Below are positions 41,143 through 52,680 of a stretch of 64,000 nucleotides of DNA, piece by piece. Location: positions 85,560,001 through 85,624,000 of the forward strand of contig OX597825.1 in the NCBI GenBank assembly GCA_951406725.2. The letters are read 5' to 3'. The DNA comes from Octopus vulgaris. Its lineage: Eukaryota. Within the stretch, counting starts at the first letter, position 1. The number at the start of each line of letters is the position of its first letter. The notes under the pieces were generated by a model. That model saw only the letters and a program-made list of their open reading frames with translations. It had not been told where the DNA came from and ran no database searches. A program made the position numbers and the translations under genes.

Positions 41143-41145
<3 letters not shown>
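40552..41145 (-). CDS. LINE ORF1 C-terminal part with CCCH-type zinc finger (5'-truncated)
   Basis: Basic region followed by CRFYLRGSCWHGKEGAGCRFAH, then YADVV and a Pro/Gln-rich tail. Overlaps the start of ORF2 in another frame. Confidence 0.7.
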
Positions 41146-41190
<45 letters not shown>

Positions 41191-41368
41191 GCGGGTTGCA
41201 TGAAATTAAGTTTGTTATTTCAAAGGAGCTTTTAAAAATAACAAAGTGGGAATATTTGTTTATAGGGAGCACATTTTTATTGAACATGGATTCAAATTTA
41301 TCCCAAAACTCCTTTACACTGGAACATGATTGCTTATTAAACCCGTCTGGTTGAATAAACTAGACTCA

Positions 41369-41410
<42 letters not shown>

Positions 41411-41479
41411 TATGAATAAAAAGTGAACAAACAACATACGTGGAATCAATTTAGCGCATGTAATATGTAATTCAAAGAA

Positions 41480-41695
41480 GACGGCGAGCTGGCAGAAATG
41501 TTAGCACGTCGGGTAAAATGCTTGGCGTAATTTCGCCAGACTTTACGTTCAGAGTTCAAATTCTGCCGAGGTCTACTTTCCCGTTCATCCTTTCGGTGTC
41601 GATAAATTAAGTACCAGTCGCGTACTGGGGTCGATTTATCCGACTGGCCCCCTCCCAAAAAATTTAGGGCCTTGTGCCTAGAGTAGAAAAGAATA
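41480..41695 (+). mobile_element. SINE-A, full length
   Basis: Closely matches the copy at 141-357 end to end. Confidence 0.92.
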
Positions 41696-42639
41696 CATAA
41701 TTGCAGAGTTGTTAGAGCAAATAAAGGATTAAGAAATAATCCATAAAAACTCTTGTAGCTGTTTCTCGAATAGCTGTGCAGATAGTGCATAGGTCACTGA
41801 AGAAAGGTTTCCCTTCAAGCCATTTGGCTTGTATGGAAATCTTCCGTTTTCAGGAATATATAAAAATCACGATGGTTCACAAACACATAAAAAAGAATAA
41901 TACATATACATGAAATCACAGAAGGTAAAAATATATAATCGAATAAAATACAAATAGAACGGCCTATCAAAAATGTTAAATATAAACGGCAAAAAATTCA
42001 GAAACTACCTAAAAACCTAATAGACATATATATAATAAATAAATGTAAAAATTAAAATAAATAACCATCGAATAAAAAAGTTTTATCCGATGATTAAAAT
42101 ATTTTTTTTAAATTAAAAAGAAAAAGTCTATAACCAATGCTTCTTCATATATATATATATATATAAATTATTACATTATATAAAGGGCTTAGTAAAATAA
42201 ATTACTTTGCCACATACTGAACTCATTAGAAATAGTAGCTAAAAAAACTTTTTTTAAACTATTTCTAATACTTAAAGAAAATCTCTCTCATATAGTGTTT
42301 GCTATAGTAATTTATTTTACTAAGCCCTTTTATATAATGTAATAATTTGAATTCGCCTTAAATGGTCCCTTTACATACTGAACACTTGGTGAAATTGATT
42401 AATAATTAATTAATTAATTTTACCCTCAATTGTTGAAAATATATATATATATATATATTTGAAAACCCCACTGGAATGGGAGAAAGCGCTAATAATCCGA
42501 ATGATATGATCTGAATGATATGATAGATATATATATGTAAAAATGTAATATATAAATAAATATCTATAAATATGAACCATCCGATCTGATTACCTCATTT
42601 TTTCTAATATATAATATCTGTACATCATCTCCAAACCTT

Positions 42640-42713
<74 letters not shown>

Positions 42714-42858
42714 TATATTATATCATATCATATTATATTATATTATATTATATTATATTATATTATATTATATTGTATTAGAGGAAAAATTAAAACCAAG
42801 GGAGAACGAGTATCTCAAGTCATTTACAATGATTTAATTAGGGTAATGTGAATATGAA

Positions 42859-42946
42859 GCCTTACAGCCGTTTCTGGGATAACCCAAGTGGTTGGTTGGT
42901 TGGTTACCATGTCCGTGTAATGGGTATTCCGTCATCAGAGACAAGG
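42859..42946 (-). ncRNA. Type I minimal hammerhead ribozyme motif in a Penelope-like LTR remnant
   Basis: Minus strand reads GTCT-CTGATGA-CGGAATACCCA...TGGGTTATCCCA-GAAAC-GGCT-GTA-AGGC. Confidence 0.62.
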
Positions 42947-43323
42947 TATGGATATTTTATACGGGGAAAATTTACAGTTTTCAAGAAATAAAATTCACAA
43001 TTTACAAAGAATAAAATAGAAGAATGAAGAGTAAAAGTAGTTAAAAGAATATAGGCAGAAGAATGATGTTCACAACCGTCAGTTGTGAATATTATTCTCC
43101 TGCCTAGATTCTTCTAATTACTTGAGAATCTCAACCAAAACTGTCCAAAGAACGAGAACGTGAAACTCTGAGTAACAGCTTTTGTGATGTATCTTGCAGC
43201 TTTATTAATAAAGTATATATATATATATATATGAGCGTCCAATAATACTATACTTGTTCCACGTACTCGCGCTTTTGTGTTTTCTCTTTGTGTTTTTATG
43301 TTTTTATGTTTGGATTAACATAA

Positions 43324-43360
<37 letters not shown>

Positions 43361-43671
43361 GACAGAGACAGAGAGACAGAATGTGGGACAGAGAGAGATA
43401 TATATTTACATATTTGTATATATATATATGCTTCTATATATACACCTCTCTCTCTTCATGTGTGTGTGTGTGTGTGTGTCTGAGTGTGTGCATGTTTGTG
43501 TATGTGTGTGCAGCAGCGTACATAGATATACACGAACATGCACCGTCTCTCAATAATGTCCGCTAGAGAAAATAAGTATGGCGCTACTCAGATTCTGATG
43601 TGAAACAAGATTACTGTGTAGCAAACAGGAACGAGTCTAGGAATAACAACACAGCACACAGGCTGGAAGAA

Positions 43672-44117
<446 letters not shown>

Positions 44118-44480
44118 AAAGTGGCGATGATTTTCGAGATTGACTCAGTAACAAGGTCAATAATGATAGAGGAGTTTCTACTGCAATGATTAGGTTTCTA
44201 TCAATTAATAGATGTTGATTGATAGATCGACCTACTTGGAGATGTTCAGGTTTAAGATGATGATTGGTTTTTCTTTTTCTCTGATGAAGAGAGCGGAGTT
44301 AAAATGGAGGAAAGGTTTTAGGCGTTTGCTTACAATTTGTATTTATGTCTACCTGCTTATCCATTTATCAGTCAGAGTATGTGTGTATAAACACACACAT
44401 AAGATGCGTGCGCATGTATATTTGGACGTCTGTATATTTGCACATATTTCCGTAATTCAATATACGGATACTTTTATTTC

Positions 44481-44552
<72 letters not shown>

Positions 44553-44721
44553 TCTACATTGTATGTTTATATGTGTGTGTGTGTAGACATATATGTATGC
44601 GTCTCTGTCTTTCTTTCTCCCTCTCGATATATGTGTGTGTGTGTGTGTGCGTCTGTATGTGTTATGTACATATACATACACATATGCATGCATAAACAGA
44701 TATACATGCGTACATACAAAC

Positions 44722-44768
<47 letters not shown>

Positions 44769-44878
44769 TAGATAGATAGATAGATAGATAGATATATTGA
44801 TAGATAGACAGACTGACCGACAGACAGGCAGATAGATAGATAGGTAGATATATAGATAGATAGCTGCCTGTGTGTGTA

Positions 44879-44935
<57 letters not shown>

Positions 44936-44991
44936 GCATACATATACACTACATATATACACACATACAATGTTACATGCATAAAGTAACG

Positions 44992-45176
44992 TCTGGACAG
45001 GTTTCTATCTTAGATACCAGATGAACCAACATCGCGGCAGGAGACGCAAAGAAGAGCAGCTCCGTCCAGCAACTCACTACTTCACCAAAAACAATACAGA
45101 AAACAACAACGAATAACTACAGGTGGTGCACCAGCATGGCCTCAGCCCTGGACTGAAACTAGTAAAAGCTAAAAGA
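44992..45176 (+). mobile_element. Short 5'-truncated 3' fragment of a related CR1/L2-group LINE
   Basis: Translates LDRFLS*IPDEPTSRQETQRRAA, versus LDLFLSGVPDEPTSRQEGQMRAA in the long copy. Followed by GGTGCACCAGCATGGCCTCAGCCCTGGACTGAAAC and a TAAAAG-type tail. Confidence 0.88.
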
Positions 45177-46034
45177 TACTATCTTAAATATACCATCACA
45201 CATTCACACACGTTTTTCATACATCGTTAAGCCTTCATAAATCGAAAAAGACTTCTGAATTCATAAAGTAGAATTTATTTATTAAACAAAAAATATTCAT
45301 CATTTCCGTCGTCGCTTCTCGGTTTTCCCGTTCACCTGAAGAGCCGCACATACCTGGGAACTCTGAGACACAACACTATTCATATTTAAAGCTTTGAAGA
45401 GCTCAAGTTTGTACAGTTACGGTTGAACGACTTGAGCAATTCGGGACATTGAACTTTAGAAAACTTGATTTAGTTAAAAGGATGGTTCCATTAGTGGTGA
45501 GGATTAATGTTGGTGTAGTTGCAGCTGCGGCTATTATTGCTGTTGCATCTGTTGTTACAGTTGTAGTGGTTGTTCTTGTTGTTGCACCTGGCATTGGTGA
45601 TATTGCTGTCGTAAAGGTGGTTGCTATTTTTTGCCGTTGCTATTGTCGTTCTTATTGTTGTCGATGATTTAGCAATATATCATAATTAAAAATAAATTCC
45701 AGCTCTAAACTATTTTAATTTAATACTGTTTCAATTGCGTTCACTGAGTTTATTTCTGCCCAGCGAGTTTTCTGCAACATCAGTGATTGTATTACTCTGT
45801 TCTTTATGCGTCACTGGAGACGAATTCCGTTTAAGCGTGTGACAATCAGTCACACGTCATCAACAAGGCCTAAGTAAGCTGAAACACGTCTGACGTTGTT
45901 GTGAACCACTCCTGGGACATATTCACCTCACTTCAATGCCTTCTGTGTTTTTCACGCAACATGACCATGCAGAAATTTTTTCTCAATCAAAAGCGAGTGC
46001 ATCACTCTTTCAAATGTGTATATCCATTAAATGT

Positions 46035-46640
46035 GGAAACGCAATGGCCCAGTGGTTAGGGCAATGGATTCGCGGTCGTATGATCGCGGTTTCGATTCCC
46101 AGACCCGACGTTGTGAGTGTCTATTGAGCGAAAACATCTAAATCCCCTCGAGGCTCCGGCATGCTTGTGGTGGTGGTGGTGGCGAACCCTGCTGTACTCT
46201 TTCACTACAACTTTCTCTCACTCTTTCTTCCTGTTTCTGTTCTACCTATATTTCGAAGGACCAACCTTGTCACACTTTGTCTTACACTGAATCTCCTCCC
46301 GAGAACTACGTTAAGAGTACACGTGTCTGTGGAGTGCTCTGCCACTTGCACGGAGTGTCATAGTAATATCAAAGGTAGAAACAACGACCATATTAAGAAC
46401 GTAACAGACCAAAGCACGGATAAGAATAATCAGAAATGAATCGGAGCAAATCCCTCGTACATTACTCTTATTAAAAACACAGAAATCCCATATCCTGGGC
46501 GTCGTAATAATCAAAGATGTGCGAAGTGTTGAAGAGACAAATACATTGTGGAAATCTCTTAAATCTCATAATTTCACGAGCAGGCTGTTCCGTTGATCGA
46601 ATCAACTGGAACCCTCGTTGTCGTAACCAACGGAGCGCAA
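46035..46640 (+). mobile_element. SINE family C, interrupted by an insert at 46353-46568
   Basis: A box TGGCCCAGTGG and B box GTTTCGATTCC; the 3' part aligns with the uninterrupted copy at 51945-52262. Confidence 0.85.
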
Positions 46641-46889
46641 CAGTGACACAAAGATGGACTACTTTATATTTCGTATGTTTTCTCACTCAACAAAGTGATT
46701 CAAAAGTTCACTTAACATTTAAATGATATAAAATCCAAATACAAAACCGCCATATTTGACTTATCCTGCTTATTTCAAGTTTCCCTCCAAATTTCCTTTC
46801 TCTCGTCATTTCGATTTCCATCCTTTTCCTTCGATATATTTTATTTTATCCACTTTTTATTCAATTTATTTATTTTTAAATTACTCACA

Positions 46890-46975
<86 letters not shown>

Positions 46976-47170
46976 GTTGTTGTTGTTGTTTTTTTTCTTC
47001 TTCTTTCAAATTTGCTTCCATTTCTTGCCGAGCGTCTTCCCGACTCCTAGGGCAAAGAAACTCATAGTATACATTGGTAGGCCATTAAACCAAACTCAAT
47101 AGTTCGTTCATTTTTTTAAGGTTAAATTAAAATACATGGGCAGTAACAGCTCTCACAGCGAGTATCATCA

Positions 47171-47222
<52 letters not shown>

Positions 47223-47438
47223 CATTTTTATTGATGTTGAGGACGTGATGGTTGTTATTGCTGTTATCGTTGCTGTTGTTCTTATCATTAGTATGGTTAT
47301 TGTTGTTATTAGTGTCATATCGATACATCATCGATCCCTTTAAGCCCCCCTCCCACCAAATCATTAACGAGGCAAAAAATGGAAGAAAGCGATAACCTTG
47401 CTATGCATCCCCTGGTCGTAGTGCTAGTGATGGCGGCG

Positions 47439-47790
<352 letters not shown>

Positions 47791-48568
47791 TAATGGGGTT
47801 TTCATCTCGATCTGCTGTCTTCTATCTCGGATTCTGATCTTGGGGAGTAAATGAGCAAATGTGTGATTACCAGCAAAAGTGCGGACATATTTCCGTGTAT
47901 GTGTATCTTAGCTGCATGTGTATGTATGTGTGTATGTGTGAGTGTGTTTTTGGCCTGTGAATTTATGTGTTTATTAGTGTAGGTGTGTGTGCTTCTGTGT
48001 GGTTGCGTGTCTCTGTGTATCTGATTTGCATGTGTGCGTGTGAGACTGTATGTTTGTATGTGTGTGTATCGGTGTGTTTGTGTGTGTGTACCTTAATTGC
48101 ATGTATGTGCGACTGTGCATGTGTTTGCGTGTGGGTGTATGTGATTATATGTATCTCTGTTTCCGTATCTATGTGTTTATATATTATTTTTTTCTGCCCA
48201 AACTGCTTAAAGGATTTAACAACCATTTCCTACTTGTAAAAGGAAATAAAAAATACGAATAAAAAATCTTTCACTCAATAGAAAATAGGACAAAAGATCG
48301 ATTTTTTTTACCAATGGTAGAAAATCACAATTTTACAGTGAGAATAGAATATGATATGGCATTATGTAATCATTGACGCTGTTCTTAAGAACCGAACTGA
48401 TCAACGTAAACGAAATGGATTCAACAGGGAATTGGAACTACTTCGATTCATTGTGCTCTAATTAAGCTCGGAAGACAGACACAATTGAATTTGTAGCTTC
48501 GCGTTTTATTCTGCCATAGAATTCAGTTTAGTTTGCGAAGCGGTCGCTTTACTATCATAATTATTATT

Positions 48569-48764
48569 GAGGTGGTAGAAGCGTTAGCACACCGGGCGAA
48601 ATGCTTAGTCTGTCTTTCGTTCTGAGTTCAAATTCCGCTGAGATCGACTTTGCCTTTCACCCTCTCGAGGGATGGATAAATCAAGTACCAGTTGAGTAAT
48701 AGGGTCGATGCAATCGACTATCCCCCTTCCCCAAATGTCAGGCCTTGTGCCTATAGTAGCAAGG

Positions 48765-48767
<3 letters not shown>
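48569..48767 (+). mobile_element. SINE-A
   Basis: GTTAGCACACCGGGCGAAATG...CAGGCCTTGTGCCTATAGTAG followed by (ATT)n. Confidence 0.88.
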
Positions 48768-48823
<56 letters not shown>

Positions 48824-48824
<1 letters not shown>

Positions 48825-49377
48825 GAGTGAGAGAGCAGTGCAGGCCATCAAAGTGACACTGGGGTAAAATATACGAAGCTCAGTATACCCATCATGACCA
48901 CCCGTCTGATAAGGGTACACCAGGCACATGCATCACAACCATATATGCGCGACATGGTGATCTCATATCAAGATAAACAGCACATGACCTTGCAGGTGGG
49001 GCCCAGTTAGAATTTTCTTCTGGTCGAGTAACCCATCCCACTCAAAAGGTCCCTGAAGAAGGATCGTTTAAGGATGTTGAATGAAACACTTTTTTCCAGA
49101 GGTGAATTATTCAAACCCCAAAGAATCCCTCTCAACACATGGCTATGATGCTCCCCCACTACTTCTGCTCGTGATCAGAGATGCATATATCGTCAGCCAC
49201 TAAGGGACATGGTCAACTGGTTAAGGTCAAACAACTGACAAGCAAATCTGTGGTATTGAGCAGAATATTTGCTGTAGCCCATCTTTTATTCCAAGACAAA
49301 ACAATGTACATGGTAACACTTCCAATCAGTTAAGATCAGAAGTCATGAGAGCCACTGTCTGGTACTGCATCAGGGCA
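48824..49377 (-). mobile_element. ~555-bp non-coding interspersed element in (ATT)n, full copy
   Basis: Co-linear and near-identical to 60256-60811; (ATT)n on both sides. Confidence 0.9.
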
Positions 49378-49466
<89 letters not shown>

Positions 49467-49467
<1 letters not shown>

Positions 49468-49545
49468 GAGTGAGAGAGCAGTGCATGCCATCAAAGTGAC
49501 ACGAAGCCCAGTATACCCATCATGACTACCCGTCTAGTAAGGGTA
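49467..49545 (-). mobile_element. Short truncated copy of the 555-bp element with an internal deletion
   Basis: Same end sequence after (ATT)n; lacks the TGGGGTAAAATATAC segment. Confidence 0.85.
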
Positions 49546-50006
49546 AGCTGTATGCGAACGATTCTGCCAGCTCACCGCCTTACCCTGGTCCCTAACTTTG
49601 GCACTGCGCGTATTTCATTCGCCACTCAGATGGCCTTGAAGTGTGTGAGCAAATCATTGGTGTTTGAATCTCTGTTCAGTGCACCAACTAGTTGTTAAGC
49701 CAACCATCTCTGTGCAGATCCCTTGTTTTAGCTGAAACGTTTCCGTAGCTTCGGTGGGTCCATAGGACTCAGATTCCCTCGAATATGATCCAGTGCTTGT
49801 GGAGAATCATTTCTTCTCCGCATCTTTGAACATCAGGGTGATAACTTCTTGGTGGGATTATTCGCAGACGCATAAGTTTCACTGCTTTTCTATTTGTCTT
49901 CATTGAATGATGTCCTGCAGCTCGACTACGGATGCCACCATCTGCCCGGAAACCAGTTCGCTAAATTGACGCCAATATATTTAATATAGCGAGAAAGAAA
50001 ACTAGA

Positions 50007-50123
50007 GTTCCGGGTTCATTCCCACGGCATAGCACCTTGGGCAAGTATCTTCTACGATAACCTCGGGCCGACCAAAGTCTTGTCTGTGGATTTGGTAGAC
50101 GGAAACTGAAAAAAGCCTGTCGT
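50007..50123 (+). mobile_element. SINE-B 5' half (host of the inverted-repeat insertion)
   Basis: GGGTTCATTCCCAC...CACCTTGGGCAAGTATCTTCT...GACGGAAACTGAAA running into (TA)n. Confidence 0.85.
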
Positions 50124-50125
50124 GC

Positions 50126-50156
<31 letters not shown>

Positions 50157-50212
50157 ACATTATTGGTGAATTGAAGAAATGGAGCTGAACGCAGATTGAA
50201 CAGAAATCGTTT

Positions 50213-50306
50213 TATTTCATTCTACACGTGTTTCGAAAGGCACAAATTACCAAAATCCGATGGAATAATGGGACCATATTGTGTCTTTCTCTTCAGGAAG
50301 AAAATA
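50213..50306 (-). ncRNA. Type I minimal hammerhead ribozyme motif (mirror copy)
   Basis: Reverse complement of 50878-50971. Confidence 0.72.
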
Positions 50307-50877
50307 GGAAATCCGTTGGAAAAACAAAAACAGAACAGAGGCGGAGCAAAAACAAATCTACGATTAACCACTGCAAGGGGAATTACTCCTGTAAGACAAA
50401 CGGGGCTTGGTTTTTTCACAGCGGGGGGTTTCCTTGACAAGGCAGGTTTAGATGAGAACACACACACACATAAAACATGATGTATATTTTTTTTCTGCCA
50501 CCCAACGGTCATCACGGCAGTAGCCACTGACAGCCGAACGATCAAACGCACACACGTACACAAAAAATGTTTTGTACCCCTACGCCAACACACACGTATA
50601 TAGAACAGTATACACACACACACGTCTCTAAGTAGATTTTTTGTCGCCCCTTATAAAACATCCAATATTCCTTAAATAGTCAGAACTTTATTCTCGGTCA
50701 CAAAGAACATCTACGCCCCCTCACCCACATGATTGACCGATGCCTGACCCGTTGAATTCTTCAGCCACCGGTTCTCAACATACACTGATAAACAGTTTCG
50801 CCATGGGCTCTTAGGAGCATAGTTCGATTTGTTTTTGCTCCGCCTCTGTTCTGTTTTTGTTTTTCCAACGGATTTCC

Positions 50878-50971
50878 TATTTTCTTCCTGAAGAGAAAGA
50901 CACAATATGGTCCCATTATTCCATCGGATTTTGGTAATTTGTGCCTTTCGAAACACGTGTAGAATGAAATA
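50878..50971 (+). ncRNA. Type I minimal hammerhead ribozyme motif
   Basis: CTGAAGA (50888); stem II GAAAGACACAA/TTGTGCCTTTC; GAAAC-ACGT-GTA palindromic stem III; stem I TATTTTCTTC/GAATGAAATA. Confidence 0.72.
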
Positions 50972-51178
50972 AAACGATTTCTGTTCAATCTGCGTTCAGC
51001 TCCATTTCTTCAATTCACCAATAATGTTCTAATTTCAATTATCCGCACCAACGCACGGTTGCAACACCATATGGTTGTACCTCCAACCGTGCTGTTTTAC
51101 TGCTGTGATTTTTGCTACTAAGGTATCGGTTAAACTTTTGATTAATCTACTACAAGATTATTCATCTTTCTATTTCAC

Positions 51179-51227
<49 letters not shown>

Positions 51228-51274
51228 CTGTGTGTATGTATGTATATATGTATGCATGTATGTATGTATGTATA

Positions 51275-51474
51275 TGTTTGTGCGTCCCCCACCATCGTTT
51301 GACAACTAATGTTGGTTTGTTTACGTCCCCGTAAATTAGCGGTTCAGTAAAAGTGACAGATAGAATAAGTACTAGGCTTACAAAGAATAAGTCCTGGGGT
51401 CGATTTGTTCGATTAAAAGACGGTGCTCCAGCATGACCGCAGTCCAATGACTGAAAGAAGTAAAATAGTAAAAG
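51275..51474 (+). mobile_element. SINE-B 3' half
   Basis: CCCCCACCATCGTTTGACAAC...CGGTGCTCCAGCATGACCGCAGTCCAATGACTGAAA. Confidence 0.87.
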
Positions 51475-51698
51475 CATATATATATATAAACAATTGCTTA
51501 TAAAGGTGCTTCTAAGCCATTTAAAAGACAAATCGCCGTCTCAAAGCGACGAAAATATTTTGACAAATTAAATTTAAATGTTGAAGTGAATCTAACGGTT
51601 TTTGTGTGTTTCTTACACACACCTTCCACGCTGCAATTGTTTTTGGTTCTGCACACGATCTCAGATCAGATCACTTGCTGTGCAAGTACATCACCGTA

Positions 51699-51730
<32 letters not shown>

Positions 51731-51944
51731 CTTCTGTTCGTCTTCCACATTCTACTCACATGATATTAGTTCAGTCTAAGAAGGAGTTGAAACACTCACC
51801 CAAGCTGAGTCGCAGGTAGATCGTTGTGGAAATCAAGTGATTATAAAGCGAAATTCTTAGCAGCTCAGCCATCTTTGCTTCTATATCATTGGTCAAAAGC
51901 ACTCCAATTCTGACTACCCCGTGCTATTGTAGAGCTAGGAAGGG

Positions 51945-52262
51945 GAAGGTACGTAGCTTAGTAGCTCGAGTTCTTGACTCCTGATCCTAAGACCGTGATC
52001 TCAATTCACGGCGATGTGTCGTGTCCTTCAGCAAGACATTTTATTTCACATTGATCCAATCCGCTCAGCTAGCAAAAAGGAGTTGTGCCTGTAATTCAAA
52101 AGGACACGTCCTTGTTCCAGTCTGTGTCACGCTAAATCTCCCTGAGAGCTACATTAATGGTACGCGTGTATGTGAAGTACGCAGCCACTTGTACGTTAAC
52201 TTCACAAACAGGTTGTTCCGCTGATCAAACCAACTGGAATACTCTTGGTAAACGACGGAGGA
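51945..52262 (+). mobile_element. SINE-C-related, diverged
   Basis: TAGCTTAGTAG head; CTGTGTCACGCTAAATCTCCCTGAGAGCTAC...CAGCCACTTGTACGTTAACTTCAC...CAACTGGAA. Confidence 0.75.
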
Positions 52263-52640
52263 CCAGTTACAGCTAGGACTACAATGCGCAATATGTCCTC
52301 TGTATCCAATATAATAACGCTAGATTTTAGATAATTCAACCAGTGTTTTTAGTATTTTGAACGACCACAAAGGGCGAGGGAGGGTCAGTTTACTTTGCAA
52401 TATATAATTAGAAACTCCCTCACCTTGCATTTAATACGTTTAGTTTTGCTCTCCAAAACGTCGTCCCTTTCTGCCCCAGCTGCTCTCTAAATATTTCCGG
52501 AGAATGTGCTGCATCGATATATTAGCAACATCTACTTATTTCCCTCGTTTACACGCCATGAAAATCGTATTGAAATCAAATTGAATACTATTGCTTCGGC
52601 AACAATTATTATAAAGCGAAATTCTTAGCAGCTCTTCTCT

Positions 52641-52680
<40 letters not shown>

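Larger units (their letters stand above)
37495..41148 (-). mobile_element. 5'-truncated young non-LTR retrotransposon (CR1/L2-group LINE) with ORF1 fragment, APE+RT ORF2, short 3' UTR and (AAAATC)n tail
   Basis: Four consecutive minus-strand ORFs give CCCH finger, APE and RT motifs. The 3' end reads GGCGGTGCCCCAGCATGGCCACAGCTCATAAGCTGAAACTGG followed by AAAATC repeats (37495-37526). Both ends abut TA runs. Confidence 0.95.
50156..51180. mobile_element. Penelope-like non-autonomous element with inverted pseudo-LTR arms
   Basis: Arms 50156-50358 and 50826-51028 are reverse complements, each carrying a hammerhead motif followed by AATAAA; flanked by (TA)n. Confidence 0.7.

Noticed and set aside
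37518-41235. Plus-strand ORFs overlapping the LINE
   Set aside because: Antisense shadows of the LINE coding sequence.
46035-46110. Possible functional tRNA genes at SINE heads (also 57360-57427 and 9518-9577)
   Set aside because: A/B boxes are present but the cloverleaf stems are broken, and the sequence continues into SINE bodies or decays.
49700-49950. Possible RTE relic on the minus strand (also 12430-12580)
   Set aside because: Only faint motif resemblance; too decayed to call by eye.
50196-50988. Pairs of identical short ORFs on opposite strands
   Set aside because: A by-product of the 203-bp inverted repeat, with no coding signature.
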